64,000 bases of DNA from Candidatus Giovannonibacteria bacterium (GCA_016176285.1 JACOXM010000002.1:10917-74916), one strand, 5' to 3'. Shown: positions 19,958 through 30,551, numbered from the stretch's first letter. Program-made: numbers and translations. The notes: a model not told the origin generated them from the letters alone.

Positions 19958-20612
19958 CATCGCTATAAAATCCAGATACAAGCCATACGTAATTCATAAA
20001 GGATTTTTATATTCGACCCTCTTCTCTTTCTTTATGTTAGCTGCCGCTATCTTGATAAATTTTCAAGCGGGAACTTATGCAACAGAGAAAGCAAGCAACC
20101 CCGTGACGGATTTAATTCTTGATAATATTCCAGTATTCCAGCTTGATGGCACATTTATTTACGGCGCATTTATACTCTGGGTTTTTTTCACGTTCATCTG
20201 CCTGAAAAATCCGCGGGTTATTCCCTTTTCCTTAAAGAGCGTGGCTTTTTTCACCCTGGTCCGCTCGCTTTTCATAAGTTTGACACACATAGCACCCTTC
20301 CCAACCCAAATTTCCATTGATGTTAAATACAATTTACTTGAAAAGCTTACCTTCGGGGGAGATCTCTTTTTTTCCGGACACACCGGCCTCCCGTTCCTTT
20401 TGGCATTAATTTTTTGGGACAACTTCCGCTTGAGGATAATTTTTATATCTTCTTCAATCCTCTTCGGTGCCGTTGTTCTACTGGGGCACTTGCACTATTC
20501 GATTGATGTTCTTGCGGCATTTTTCATCTCTTACGGAATTTTCCGGATGTGCGAAATTATCTTTAAAAAAGACCGCGAGATATTTTTTAAAGGAGTAGAG
20601 GCTCGAAGCTAA
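19944..20612 (+). CDS. PAP2-superfamily, sphingomyelin-synthase-like membrane enzyme
   Basis: GDLFFSGHT and HYSIDV motifs, multiple TMs. Confidence 0.75.
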   Translation: MTYASIAIKSRYKPYVIHKGFLYSTLFSFFMLAAAILINFQAGTYATEKASNPVTDLILDNIPVFQLDGTFIYGAFILWVFFTFICLKNPRVIPFSLKSVAFFTLVRSLFISLTHIAPFPTQISIDVKYNLLEKLTFGGDLFFSGHTGLPFLLALIFWDNFRLRIIFISSSILFGAVVLLGHLHYSIDVLAAFFISYGIFRMCEIIFKKDREIFFKGVEARS

Positions 20613-20617
20613 TATAA

Positions 20618-21115
20618 ATGGACATTATTTCGCACGGCCTTTGGGGGTCCTTGGTTTTTGGCAGGAGTAATAAAAAAAGCTTTTGGAAAGCTTTTTTGTT
20701 CGGGGTAGCGCCAGATTTTATTCCTTTTGCGCCCTTTTTTATTTTAATGATCTTCGGTTTTGCAAAATATCCCGGGTTTTCGACGGAACCTCCGGTAGCG
20801 GGTGCTATCCCGGATTATGTCTATTTTCTTTATAAAATAACGCATAGCCTTGTTATATTTGCCGTAGTTTTTTTCGGCGCATGGCTAATAAAAAGAAAAT
20901 TTTTCTGGCCAATGGCTGCTTGGGGTATACATGTACTTCTCGACATCCCCACACATAGTTATAAATTTTTTCCAACTCCGTTTCTTTGGCCAGTCGCAAA
21001 TTTCGAAATAAACGGAATACCCTGGGCCGACCCCATAATATTTTTCCCAAACGTGCTGATACTGGCGATTCTTTATTATTATTTTTTCGTTTACAGAAAA
21101 AGATATGCTAAATAA
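20618..21115 (+). CDS. YdjM-like membrane metal-dependent hydrolase
   Basis: SHG..PD..THS..H.LLD..TH motifs. Confidence 0.7.
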   Translation: MDIISHGLWGSLVFGRSNKKSFWKAFLFGVAPDFIPFAPFFILMIFGFAKYPGFSTEPPVAGAIPDYVYFLYKITHSLVIFAVVFFGAWLIKRKFFWPMAAWGIHVLLDIPTHSYKFFPTPFLWPVANFEINGIPWADPIIFFPNVLILAILYYYFFVYRKRYAK

Positions 21116-21677
21116 TATTTCCGCAAAAAATTATATCTTGGCGAGCCTCGTGTTACTCGGCTTGTTTGCGCTGGCGCTGAATTTCATGGGACAAATCTGG
21201 ATTTGCAAATGCGGATATGTGAAATTCTGGCACGGCATAACTTACAGCTCGGAAAATTCCCAGCATTTAACAGATTGGTATACGTTCTCGCATATAATCC
21301 ACGGATTTATTTTTTACTGGATCGCTTGGCTCGTCGGCAAAAGATATGGCTGGCCCATCGGCTTTCGCCTCTTATTAGCATTACTTGCGGAAATATCGTG
21401 GGAACTATTCGAAAACACGGATTTCGTGATAAACCGCTACCGTGAAGTTACAATTTCACTAGATTATTACGGGGACACCGTAATTAATTCCGTTATGGAT
21501 GTTCTGGCGATGGTATTTGGATTTTTTCTGGCTTATCGCCTGCCGGTATGGTCCATAGTGGCCCTTACAATCGCTATGGAAATATTCGTAGGCTACACTA
21601 TCCGCGACAATCTTACGCTCAACATAATAATGCTTATTTTCCCATTAGACTTTATTTTAAAATGGCAGAGCGGTTAA
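21105..21677 (+). CDS. DUF2585 family membrane protein
   Basis: ICKCGYVK.W.G..SSENSQHL.DWYT.SH.IHG, WE..EN, GD.V.NS. Confidence 0.85.
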   Translation: MLNNISAKNYILASLVLLGLFALALNFMGQIWICKCGYVKFWHGITYSSENSQHLTDWYTFSHIIHGFIFYWIAWLVGKRYGWPIGFRLLLALLAEISWELFENTDFVINRYREVTISLDYYGDTVINSVMDVLAMVFGFFLAYRLPVWSIVALTIAMEIFVGYTIRDNLTLNIIMLIFPLDFILKWQSG

Positions 21678-22750
21678 CATTTTTATTTTTATTTGTTCTT
21701 GCCGCATTCCCGCTCGTATCTACCGGACAAGAACTTTACCAAGACACAAAAGGAACCTTTCGAGCAAAGGTTCTTGAAATTATTTCTGAAGAAAAAACTA
21801 TATTGCCGGTAACGGAAACAGAAGTCCTGGTTCAGACGCTTAGCGCGGAAATTCTTGACGGCAATAAAAAGGGCGAGATAATCACTATCGAAAATGACTT
21901 CGTTAAGCTCTCGAAAGGAGATGAATTTTTTGTTAATTATCTCGTAACTATCGACGGACAAGAAATATACAGCGTATTCGAGCCCGACCGGCGGCAAACT
22001 CTCTGGATATTTTTAGTGATCTTCATGGTGGTTGTGATTTTTTTCGGTGGATTTCAGGGAATCAGATCTTTATTCAGTCTCGCGGCAGGTTTTTTTGTAA
22101 TAATTTATTTTCTCCTTCCCTCTATTTTGCGCGGCGTCTCGCCTCTCCTTGCCGGAATCGGATTTTCTATCCTGATTCTCGCGTTCGCGATGTATCTCAC
22201 ACACGGATTTAAGAGAAGAACGCATGCCGCCTTCATCGGAACGGTTTTAACCATCATAATTGTCGGTATACTCGCGTCTCTCGCCGTCTCATCCGCAAAA
22301 TTGAGCGGCTTCGCATCCGACGAAGCTGTTTATTTAAATCTGGACACCCGGGGAAAGCTGAATTTCGCCGAATTGCTTGTGGTCGCCATAATTATCGGGG
22401 CCCTGGGTATTTTGGATGACATTGCGATAACTCAAGCATCTGTAATCGAAACCCTTAAAAATAACTTGCCAGACATAAAAAGAAGGAAAGCTTACCTGGA
22501 AGCCCTAAAAGTCGGCAGAGAACACGTTGGGGCGCTAGTAAACACATTGGCGCTTGCATATGTTGGAGCATCCTTGCCGCTCCTGTTGCTCTTTTATGGG
22601 ACAGACCAAACTCAAAGCTGGTCCATTATTACAAACAGAGAAATTTTCGCGACAGAGATAATCCGCACGATAGCCGGTTCCATCGGCTTGATCCTTGCCG
22701 TCCCCATCACAACCGCCCTCGCGGTATTGATGCTTATAAGAAAAAGCTAG
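21662..22750 (+). CDS. YibE/F family membrane protein
   Basis: GALG.LDDIAITQ, LVNTL.LAY.GASLP, EI.RT..GSIG. Confidence 0.88.
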   Translation: MAERLTFLFLFVLAAFPLVSTGQELYQDTKGTFRAKVLEIISEEKTILPVTETEVLVQTLSAEILDGNKKGEIITIENDFVKLSKGDEFFVNYLVTIDGQEIYSVFEPDRRQTLWIFLVIFMVVVIFFGGFQGIRSLFSLAAGFFVIIYFLLPSILRGVSPLLAGIGFSILILAFAMYLTHGFKRRTHAAFIGTVLTIIIVGILASLAVSSAKLSGFASDEAVYLNLDTRGKLNFAELLVVAIIIGALGILDDIAITQASVIETLKNNLPDIKRRKAYLEALKVGREHVGALVNTLALAYVGASLPLLLLFYGTDQTQSWSIITNREIFATEIIRTIAGSIGLILAVPITTALAVLMLIRKS

Positions 22751-23270
22751 TCTTTAAAAAATTTTCTATATTCTTCACAACTACGGGAATTTGAATATTG
22801 GTCGTATCGATTGTGAAATCAAAATTCTTGTCAGAGAAGTCATCAATTCCGTAATAATTTTTATATCTCTCGAAAATCGCATCTTCACGGAAAACTGTGT
22901 GCTCTTTCGCGGTTTCGAAAAAAATCGCTTCGCGGTTCGCGATACGGTTTATCCTAGTATCAAAATCGCAGTCCAATTTTATTTTTACCGAATCCGGTAT
23001 AAAGTGCCACGCAAGGCGGCTTTCAATTATAAAATTATCATTTTCTTCGCCGAATTTCTTTATTCTCTGGTCAAGCTCCAGATCAAATTTATGCTCTTTT
23101 TTGCACAAGTCTTCGAATTCGCCGAGGGTCATTTTGTTTTCTTCGGCCATTTTCCTAAAAATATTTCCCGAAGACAGAAATTGGTACCCCATGTCCCCTG
23201 CTAAAATTTTACCCACGGACGTCGTTCCCGTTCCCGCAAGCCCGAATATCGTAATTTTCGCCATAATCAA
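22734..23270 (-). CDS. Cytidylate kinase (archaeal/type 2-like)
   Basis: ITIFGLAGTGTTS, SSGNIFR, D..LD, ESRLA. Confidence 0.8.
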   Translation of the reverse strand: MIMAKITIFGLAGTGTTSVGKILAGDMGYQFLSSGNIFRKMAEENKMTLGEFEDLCKKEHKFDLELDQRIKKFGEENDNFIIESRLAWHFIPDSVKIKLDCDFDTRINRIANREAIFFETAKEHTVFREDAIFERYKNYYGIDDFSDKNFDFTIDTTNIQIPVVVKNIENFLKTSFFL

Positions 23271-23944
23271 TTCTTATCCCCTCTCGTTCCCATTAAATTG
23301 CCTATCAAAAAAGTCAGCACAGCTAGACCGAAAGAGTAGTAAGCCGACTGGGCATAAAAAGGACTTTTCACGGGAAAATAAAAATAAATAGGTAACGCCA
23401 TTAATAAAGCCGAAAAGGCTAATATAAAACTCCGTATTTTTAGTCGAGTGCTGTTTAGTTTTGAAATTGATGAAAAAAACTTAACAGCGAAACCTAGTGC
23501 CGAGATTAAAAGGGGAACCCTTGCGAGAATTCCAATAAAATAATTTTGCTGCCATAAAATAAAACCCGAATTAATTACTGGTATTTCAAAAAGAAAAATA
23601 TAAAGCAAAATTATAAAAAGACCATATAAAAGAAATAGCAAGTTAATAGTAAAAATTATTTTTTTATTCTGTAATGTAAGCCTCAGCGCGACTTGAAACG
23701 CAGAAAAGGCGCAGAGTACAAGAAAAAAATAAGCTATGATAAAACTCACACCCCACACCCAATTAACGGGGTAAAAAAACATCGGAATAAATAAGAAAAA
23801 ATTATAAAAACTTATTAAAAGAAAGAAAAGAAAGTAATAATTGATTGTAGAGTTTTGTTTCCGCCTGGGATACAAATATAAAACACTTCCTAAAGTAAGT
23901 AGTAGTGCAAGCCCCCTAAACCAGAAATCTAAAGAGTAGACCAT
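23267..23944 (-). CDS. Hypothetical polytopic membrane protein
   Basis: About 7 hydrophobic segments, AT-rich. Confidence 0.55.
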   Translation of the reverse strand: MVYSLDFWFRGLALLLTLGSVLYLYPRRKQNSTINYYFLFFLLISFYNFFLFIPMFFYPVNWVWGVSFIIAYFFLVLCAFSAFQVALRLTLQNKKIIFTINLLFLLYGLFIILLYIFLFEIPVINSGFILWQQNYFIGILARVPLLISALGFAVKFFSSISKLNSTRLKIRSFILAFSALLMALPIYFYFPVKSPFYAQSAYYSFGLAVLTFLIGNLMGTRGDKN

Positions 23945-24173
23945 AAAACTATTATTGAAAATTTTTCGAATTTTTGCTAGACCGAAGGATCTAGTTTTCT
24001 ATTGTTTATCAGGCCGATTATTATTACCGCAATAATTGATGCGATAAGCCCGCCGATTGCAAACCAAAATGCATAAATAGTTCCCTAGAAGACGCTCAAA
24101 GAGAGAATTCCCATAATCAAATGGAGTAAAATTGTGTTTGGCGCTATCATTTTTCCATTATATCCTTAAATTA

Positions 24174-24599
24174 ATGATAATAAATTGCCCGTTTTGCAGT
24201 ATAGATGAGGATAAAACACGAATAATAGAGGAAAAAGAGAGAATCGTGGTGATTTTAAGCAGTCCCAGCCTTATGCCTGGGCATATTTTAGTTATTCCCA
24301 AAAGGCATATTGAGAAAATTTCCGAATTAAATCCAGACGAAAGGGCTGATCTTTTTGATACTGCGATCGAATACCATAAAAAAATAATTGAACGTTTTTC
24401 AAAGGGCTGCGACATGCGCCAGCATTATCGCCCATTTTTAGCCCAAAGCGACGTTAAAGTTGACCATGTGCATATCCACCTCCTTCCACGTGAAAACGAA
24501 GACGAACTTTACCAAAAAAGCATGCAGTTCGAAAGAGATATGTGGCAGCGCCCCGACGAAATCGAATTACAAAAATTTGTTGAGCTTTTCGGAAAATGA
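24174..24599 (+). CDS. HIT family hydrolase
   Basis: CPFC, GH.LVIPKRH, HVHIH. Confidence 0.88.
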   Translation: MIINCPFCSIDEDKTRIIEEKERIVVILSSPSLMPGHILVIPKRHIEKISELNPDERADLFDTAIEYHKKIIERFSKGCDMRQHYRPFLAQSDVKVDHVHIHLLPRENEDELYQKSMQFERDMWQRPDEIELQKFVELFGK

Positions 24600-25198
24600 T
24601 AGAAGTTGAAAAAAAATTCACCTTAACCGAAGAGGAGCGGGAAAGATTGTTGGATAGCGCCGAGCTTATTGCGGAGAAAAGCTTTACGGATGCTTATTAT
24701 GATGACGAAAAATATTCTTTAACCACACAAGATATCTGGCTGCGGCAGCGCGATGGGGATTGGGAGTTAAAAATCCCGCTTCACAAAGGCGGAGCAGACC
24801 GTATCGGCGATCAGTACGAAGAACTCACTACGGAAATCGAGATAAGAAATTTTTTGAAAATACCGAAAATAGAAAACCTTGAATCAGATTTGAATCAAAA
24901 AGGGTTTTCAATTTTTTCAAAATTCACAACAGGAAGAAAAAAATATGAGAAAGACGGATTCACGATCGATCTCGACCTTGTTGACTTCGGGGATTTCAAG
25001 TTCGAGATTGGAGAAATAGAGCTGATGGTAAATAAGCACGAAGAAATGGGAGAGGCTCTCGAAAAAATAAAAAATTTTGCAAAAGAAAACGGCCTCCAAA
25101 TAACACACGTACGCGGAAAAGTAATGGAATATCTTAAGCGCAAACGCCCCGAACATTTCAGAAAATTAGTCGAAGCGAATGTAGCTAAAGACAACTGA
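24596..25198 (+). CDS. CYTH/thiamine-triphosphatase-like protein
   Basis: EVEKKF, WLRQR, ELK, EIE. Confidence 0.85.
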   Translation: MIEVEKKFTLTEEERERLLDSAELIAEKSFTDAYYDDEKYSLTTQDIWLRQRDGDWELKIPLHKGGADRIGDQYEELTTEIEIRNFLKIPKIENLESDLNQKGFSIFSKFTTGRKKYEKDGFTIDLDLVDFGDFKFEIGEIELMVNKHEEMGEALEKIKNFAKENGLQITHVRGKVMEYLKRKRPEHFRKLVEANVAKDN

Positions 25199-25218
25199 TC
25201 GTTTTATAATCCCGATAT

Positions 25219-25788
25219 ATGAACCGCGCTATTATTATCCATTGCTGGGAAGGGTATCCGGAATATTGCTGGTATCCTTACGTAAAAAAGGAACTCGAAG
25301 CAAAGGGGTTCGAAGTAAAAGTTCCCGCATTTCCCGATACAGATAATCCCAAACAAGATGCCTGGGTTGCTTTGCTTGAGCAAGAAATCGGAATTCCAGG
25401 CGAAAATCTTTACCTTATAGGGCATAGCATCGGGTGCGCGGCAATTTTGAGATATTTGGAAATAATAGACGAATCTGAAAAAATCGGCGGAGCCGTTTTT
25501 GTGGCAGGATTCACGGAAGAAATCGGCTATAAAGAAATAGAAAACTTTTTCGAAAATCCCTTCGATTTTGAAAAAATAAAACGCGCATCAAAAAATGGCT
25601 TTGTCGCCATACATTCGGACGATGATCCTTATGTAGACTTAAGATTTTCGGATATTTTCAAAGAGAAACTGGACGCTGAGGTTATTGTTAAGAAAAATAT
25701 GGGGCACTTCTCCGGGGCAATAGAAAATGAAAAAGCCTGCCTGGAATTGCCAGATGTCGTCGAGGGCATATTAAAAATAGCAAAATAA
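25219..25788 (+). CDS. RBBP9/YdeN family alpha/beta hydrolase
   Basis: GHSIG, SDDDPYV, GHF. Confidence 0.88.
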   Translation: MNRAIIIHCWEGYPEYCWYPYVKKELEAKGFEVKVPAFPDTDNPKQDAWVALLEQEIGIPGENLYLIGHSIGCAAILRYLEIIDESEKIGGAVFVAGFTEEIGYKEIENFFENPFDFEKIKRASKNGFVAIHSDDDPYVDLRFSDIFKEKLDAEVIVKKNMGHFSGAIENEKACLELPDVVEGILKIAK

Positions 25789-25792
25789 TAAA

Positions 25793-26248
25793 ATGAAAAA
25801 GAAAATTATTATTGCAGTTGGGATAATTATAATAGCGGCACTGACCGGGTTCTTTCTTATTAAGAACAAAATCAAAAATGACAATGCCCGCTACAAGGAC
25901 TACACAACAAGAGCTTCTGTAAAAGCATTATTCAATATGAACGCCTCGCAAAAATGCACTGTGCGGCCGCAGGGGTCATTAAGGGAAGGGAATATTTTTG
26001 TTGGGGGCGGGAAACTCCGCGGAGACTTTAAAACATCCTCTTCAAGAACTTCTTTCGGGCATATTATTATGGATCGCGAGAATGTATATACCTGGACGGA
26101 TTCGGGCGACACGGGCGCAAAAATCCCAATCGGCTCTTTCCAGCTAAACCAGTCGAGCGAAAGCTTTCAGTGGAAATGCGAAATATGGGAGCCGGAAAAA
26201 TCTTTATTCGAACTGCCAAAAAATATCAATTTTTCCGAAACTAGTTAA
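25793..26248 (+). CDS. Hypothetical membrane-anchored protein
   Basis: N-terminal TM; C-terminal CEIW..D/K.SLFELP.NI.F. Confidence 0.6.
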   Translation: MKKKIIIAVGIIIIAALTGFFLIKNKIKNDNARYKDYTTRASVKALFNMNASQKCTVRPQGSLREGNIFVGGGKLRGDFKTSSSRTSFGHIIMDRENVYTWTDSGDTGAKIPIGSFQLNQSSESFQWKCEIWEPEKSLFELPKNINFSETS

Positions 26249-26251
26249 TCC

Positions 26252-27208
26252 GTGAAAAAAGGTATCGATGAAAAATTATCAAAAAAGCTCGTCCTGGATG
26301 AGCTTTTTGACTTAACGCTTTATAGGGCTCTCGCGAGATTCGCGGGAAAGGATGAAAAAATAATTCTGGATAAATTAATCCCCGTCGAAGAAAGGCACTT
26401 TGAATTCTGGAAAAGTTTTTTTGGAATCACTGAAGTATATCTTAATCTCGGGAGAAAAATTAGGCTTAAAATTATCACACTTTTTTGCAGAATTTTCGGT
26501 CAGGCCGGAATACATATAGTGCTCGAAGCAATCGAAATCTACGGTATAAAAAAATATCTGAATGTCTGGAATCATTACAAAGACGAGGAATTGGGTTCTG
26601 CCGTCAGGCGCGTCCTTGAAGACGAGTTTAAGCATGAGGATGAAATAGTTTCCGCTTCAAAACGAACAAAAATTTTTCCGGAGCGGGTACGGGATATTTT
26701 TTTGGGACTTAACGACGGCCTAGTTGAAATTCTTGGCGCTGTTTCGGGATTTTTCGCCGCCTTTTCCAATACAAGTTCTGTTTTAATAGCCGCGCTCACA
26801 GTTGCGGTTGCGGGTTCAATCTCAATGGCGGCAAGCGCTTTCGCGGCGCTAAGCTCCGCCCTCGAAGTGGAAAGCACGGAGAACGAAAAGCAAAAATTTC
26901 TCGGCACTGCCACCGAAGACGATGGGAGTAAAATTAATCCTTATGGATCCGCCCTTGTTGTCGGCATATCTTATCTTTTCGGAGCGCTTGTGCCGGTAAT
27001 TCCAGTCATATTCGGAGCAAAAAATATCCTCATTTCTATGATAGCGTCCACAATTGTAATAATAGCCGTATCCTACATAGTGGCATTTCTATCCGGAATG
27101 GACGCAAAAAAGCGTATTTTACTTAATCTCCTTATCATTTTCCTGGCCGTTGGAATATCATATATTTTGGCAACAACGGCGAAGCAAGTATTCCATATTG
27201 ATATTTAG
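26252..27208 (+). CDS. VIT1/CCC1 transporter with N-terminal ferritin-like domain
   Basis: EERH, DE..HE, GLNDGLVE, AGSISMA. Confidence 0.85.
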   Translation: MKKGIDEKLSKKLVLDELFDLTLYRALARFAGKDEKIILDKLIPVEERHFEFWKSFFGITEVYLNLGRKIRLKIITLFCRIFGQAGIHIVLEAIEIYGIKKYLNVWNHYKDEELGSAVRRVLEDEFKHEDEIVSASKRTKIFPERVRDIFLGLNDGLVEILGAVSGFFAAFSNTSSVLIAALTVAVAGSISMAASAFAALSSALEVESTENEKQKFLGTATEDDGSKINPYGSALVVGISYLFGALVPVIPVIFGAKNILISMIASTIVIIAVSYIVAFLSGMDAKKRILLNLLIIFLAVGISYILATTAKQVFHIDI

Positions 27209-27285
27209 CGGAGTCCGTGCTATACTGCCTGTAATAATTAACTCTAGTCAAGTGTAATTATTTTTAGTCAATTAGTGCGCAATAA

Positions 27286-27618
27286 ATGGCAACTAAACTA
27301 TTTGTTGGAGGATTATCTTGGGACACTACGGACGACAAGCTTCGTGAGTTTTTCTCATCGGCTGGAACCGTTGTTTCCGCAAATGTAATCACTGATAAAT
27401 TCACCGGTAAATCCAAGGGTTTTGGATTCGTAGAAATGTCTTCGGATACAGAAGCTGAAGAAGCAACCCAGAAATTGAACGGACAGAATTTGGACGGCCG
27501 CAAAATCGTTGTTAACGAAGCGCGCCCGTTGGCGCCAAGAGAAAACCGCTTTAGAGGCGGTGGCTTCTCAAGAGGCGGCGGCGACAGGCGAGAATTCGGA
27601 AACAGGGACCGAGGCTAA
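27286..27618 (+). CDS. RRM RNA-binding protein
   Basis: KLFVGGL (RNP2), KGFGFVEM (RNP1), Gly/Arg tail. Confidence 0.95.
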   Translation: MATKLFVGGLSWDTTDDKLREFFSSAGTVVSANVITDKFTGKSKGFGFVEMSSDTEAEEATQKLNGQNLDGRKIVVNEARPLAPRENRFRGGGFSRGGGDRREFGNRDRG

Positions 27619-27636
27619 GTGATATAAATCCAACAC

Positions 27637-27666
27637 AAAACACCCCGCAGCTCTGCGGGGTGTTTT
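27637..27666. terminator. Bidirectional terminator
   Basis: AAAACACCCCGCAG-CT-CTGCGGGGTGTTTT. Confidence 0.85.
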
Positions 27667-27689
27667 AATTTATTATTATTTAATTACGT

Positions 27690-28661
27690 CTATTTCTCCC
27701 GCAAATAACGCCTCGTCGCAATTAAGCTCGAAATAACTCCGAGAACTATTCCAACCGCGAGCAGCATCAATGTTATCCAAATAATATTAGACAGGAAATA
27801 TACAAATAAATCCGGACCGCCAAAAAATTGCGAGGTACTCACGCCTGAAACGTTGAAAACCGGGGAAAGCGGAACAAAGAGAAATAAAAGCTGCTCGTGC
27901 CCCAGCCACAATAAAACCCAAAAAATCGCCATGGCGGCAGCTGTTGCCAAAATACCGTGTATAACGCCTTCAACTATAAAAGGTCCGCGAATGTAATTAT
28001 TAGTAGCCCCCACAAGGCGCATAACGGAAATCTCATCCCGGGAAGTATAAATAGCAAGCCGTATAGTATTAAATGCGACAAGAGTCGCTATTATAGCGAG
28101 GACTATCGTGGAAGTAAGCCCCGACGCCCTCGAAGATTGTATCATGGAATTAATCCCGTCAATTACAACCTGATTTTTTTTGTAATTTATTTCGTCAACT
28201 ATACTTTGATTATTTTGGGATTCTAAAAATTTTGAAATTGACTCGTATTGGCTTGGGTCTTTCGCCGTAATATTTATACTCGCCCCCAAAGGATTCGACC
28301 CAAGTTCTTCTAGCGATTGGGTTATTAATGCGTTTTCCTTATGCCTTTCTTTGAAATTTTCGAGCGCCTGATCCCTCGTAACATAGTTTACGCTTTTCAC
28401 TTCTGAAAGTTTTTCAACGGAAGATTTCATCGCTAAAATTTCTTCTTCGGGGGCAGTGGATTTGAAATAAACGCTAATGTCGACCTTGTCCCCCAGATTT
28501 TTAAGCGCGGAGGTCAAAAGAACATTTGAAAAGAAAAGCGACCCGAAAACAAAAAGAGTTAAAACCATAACCAGAACCGTAGCCAGAGAGACCCAGCCAT
28601 TTCTCCAGAAATTAATAAACCCCTGTTTTATATTTCTCTTAAACTGTACAACAATTGCCAT
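27690..28661 (-). CDS. ftsX: Cell division permease FtsX
   Basis: NTIRLAI..R.EI..M.LVGA...IRGPF; adjacent to ftsE. Confidence 0.93.
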   Translation of the reverse strand: MAIVVQFKRNIKQGFINFWRNGWVSLATVLVMVLTLFVFGSLFFSNVLLTSALKNLGDKVDISVYFKSTAPEEEILAMKSSVEKLSEVKSVNYVTRDQALENFKERHKENALITQSLEELGSNPLGASINITAKDPSQYESISKFLESQNNQSIVDEINYKKNQVVIDGINSMIQSSRASGLTSTIVLAIIATLVAFNTIRLAIYTSRDEISVMRLVGATNNYIRGPFIVEGVIHGILATAAAMAIFWVLLWLGHEQLLFLFVPLSPVFNVSGVSTSQFFGGPDLFVYFLSNIIWITLMLLAVGIVLGVISSLIATRRYLREK

Positions 28662-28677
28662 AATTCAATAATATAAT

Positions 28678-29358
28678 TTATAAAACGTAGCGCCCGCGCT
28701 TTTCATCCCGAACCATTCGCCCATTTTCGAGGGTTATTACGCGACGCTTCAAAGAGTTAATAACGTCTTTGTCGTGCGTAGCGAGGATTACGGTAGTCCC
28801 AAGTTCGTTAATTTTTTCAAGAAGATTAATAATTTCCCAAGTGTTTATCGGGTCCAAGTTTCCCGTAGGCTCGTCCGCGATAATTACGTCCGGACGGTTT
28901 ACAATTGCCCTAGCAATTGCGACCCTCTGTAACTCCCCCCCAGAAAGTTCCGAAGGAAAATGCCAGGCCTTATCCATCAAGCCCACTAACTCCAAAACCT
29001 GCGGAACATCCTGCTGTATCTCCTCTTCGATCTTTCCCGCAGCTTCCATCGCAAAAGCGATATTTTCATAAGCTGTTTTTGTGGGCAGAAGTTTGTAATC
29101 CTGGAAGATAACGCCCATACGCCTCCGGACTTTCGGCAAATCGCTGTTTCTCACTCTATGCATGTCCAAAGATTCAAAAAAAACTTTTCCAGACGAGGGC
29201 TTTTCCTCTGCGAGCAGAAGTTTCAATAAGGTGGATTTGCCCGCCCCTGATTGTCCGACAATGGAAAGAAATTCCTGCGGCTCGATAGAAAAAGAAACTT
29301 CTTCCAGGGCGACGGAAGTCGGAGAATATATTTTTGAAACGCGGTCAAAATAAATCAT
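28678..29358 (-). CDS. ftsE: Cell division ATP-binding protein FtsE
   Basis: GQSGAGKS, LSGGE, ADEPTGNLDP. Confidence 0.93.
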   Translation of the reverse strand: MIYFDRVSKIYSPTSVALEEVSFSIEPQEFLSIVGQSGAGKSTLLKLLLAEEKPSSGKVFFESLDMHRVRNSDLPKVRRRMGVIFQDYKLLPTKTAYENIAFAMEAAGKIEEEIQQDVPQVLELVGLMDKAWHFPSELSGGELQRVAIARAIVNRPDVIIADEPTGNLDPINTWEIINLLEKINELGTTVILATHDKDVINSLKRRVITLENGRMVRDEKRGRYVL

Positions 29359-29390
29359 CGTATTAACATATAATGCCTAAATTTTTGTCT

Positions 29391-30474
29391 CTAATCAATG
29401 CCTAGTTCAGCTTCAACAAACATATCAAGCTTTCCGTCAAATATTCCTTCTATATCCGATGCTTCCGCGCCAGTTCGCGTATCTTTCACTAATTTATAAG
29501 GATGCAAGACGTATGACCTTATCTGGTGTCCCCATTCAATTTCCAGAGATTTCGATGTTCTTAAAAAATCCTTTTCCTCTTTTTGGCTCTTGGCGCGGAG
29601 TTTATAAAGGTGTCCCCTCAAAAGTTCGAGAGCCTTTTTTCTGTTTTGGTCCTGCGAGCGCTCGGTTGAAATATGAACTTGTATGCCTGTGGGCTTGTGA
29701 ACCACGCGCACCGCAGTCTCTCTTTTATTCACATTTTGCCCGCCTGCGCCGCCGGAACGCGCAAAACTAAACTCGATGTCTTCATCTTTTATCTCCACTT
29801 CTCCGGGATCCACAAATTTAGGCATAACTTCGACGAGCGCAAAAGAAGTATGCCTGCGCTTATTGGAGTCAAAGGGTGAAATCCTGACCAAGCGATGCAC
29901 GCCGGATTCGTTTTTTAAATACCCGTATGCAAATTTTCCTTCTATTTCGGTTGAAGCATTTTTAATTCCGTTCATGTCGTTAAAGTGCTGGTGAATTATT
30001 TTCACTTGCCACCGTTGCCGCGCCGCATATTTTTGATACATTTCTAAAAGAATCCTCGCCCAATCTTCCGCATCATCCCCTCCGGCGCCCGCCACGATTG
30101 TTATGACTGCGTCCCCCTTGTCATATTTTCCGGAAAGAAATGCTTCCTTTTTAGATCTCTCAAATTTCAGATTCAGTTCATTTATCCTCTGCTCTATTTC
30201 TTTTTCATCCTCTTCACTTTTAGAAATCGAAGCTAGTTCCGACAAAGAAAAAATATCGGAAGATAAATTTTCCCAAAAAGAAACGAATTCTTTCAGTTCG
30301 GAAATTTTTTGAGTTATTTCGCCCGCGCGCTTGGGATTATCCCAAAAATTGGGGTGAATTGTTTCAGATTCAAGTTTTATTAATTCCTCTTTTTTTCTAG
30401 CTAAGTCAAAGGCGGTCCGTTAAGCGACGGACTTCGCCCTCCAACTTTTCAATTTTTTCTTTCGGTATTTCCAT
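29391..30474 (-). CDS. prfB: Peptide chain release factor 2 with programmed +1 frameshift at CTT-TGA-C (30411-30405)
   Basis: SPF and GGQ motifs; MEIPK...TDRL(CTT)TGA continues DLARKK..FWD in the +1 frame. Confidence 0.95.
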
Positions 30475-30522
30475 AAATTCATTATAACACGGCTTGGAGT
30501 ATTTATATGACTGCGCTCGCAG

Positions 30523-30551
30523 TTGACACAGAATGTAGTTGGGAGTAAGAT
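30523..30551 (+). promoter_or_regulatory. Sigma70 promoter of the ArsR operon
   Basis: TTGACA (30523) - 17 nt - TAAGAT (30546). Confidence 0.7.

Noticed and set aside
23977-24114. Minus-strand hydrophobic frame with an in-frame TAG (possible readthrough)
   Set aside because: Short, AT-rich, no recognisable homology; more likely a remnant or chance
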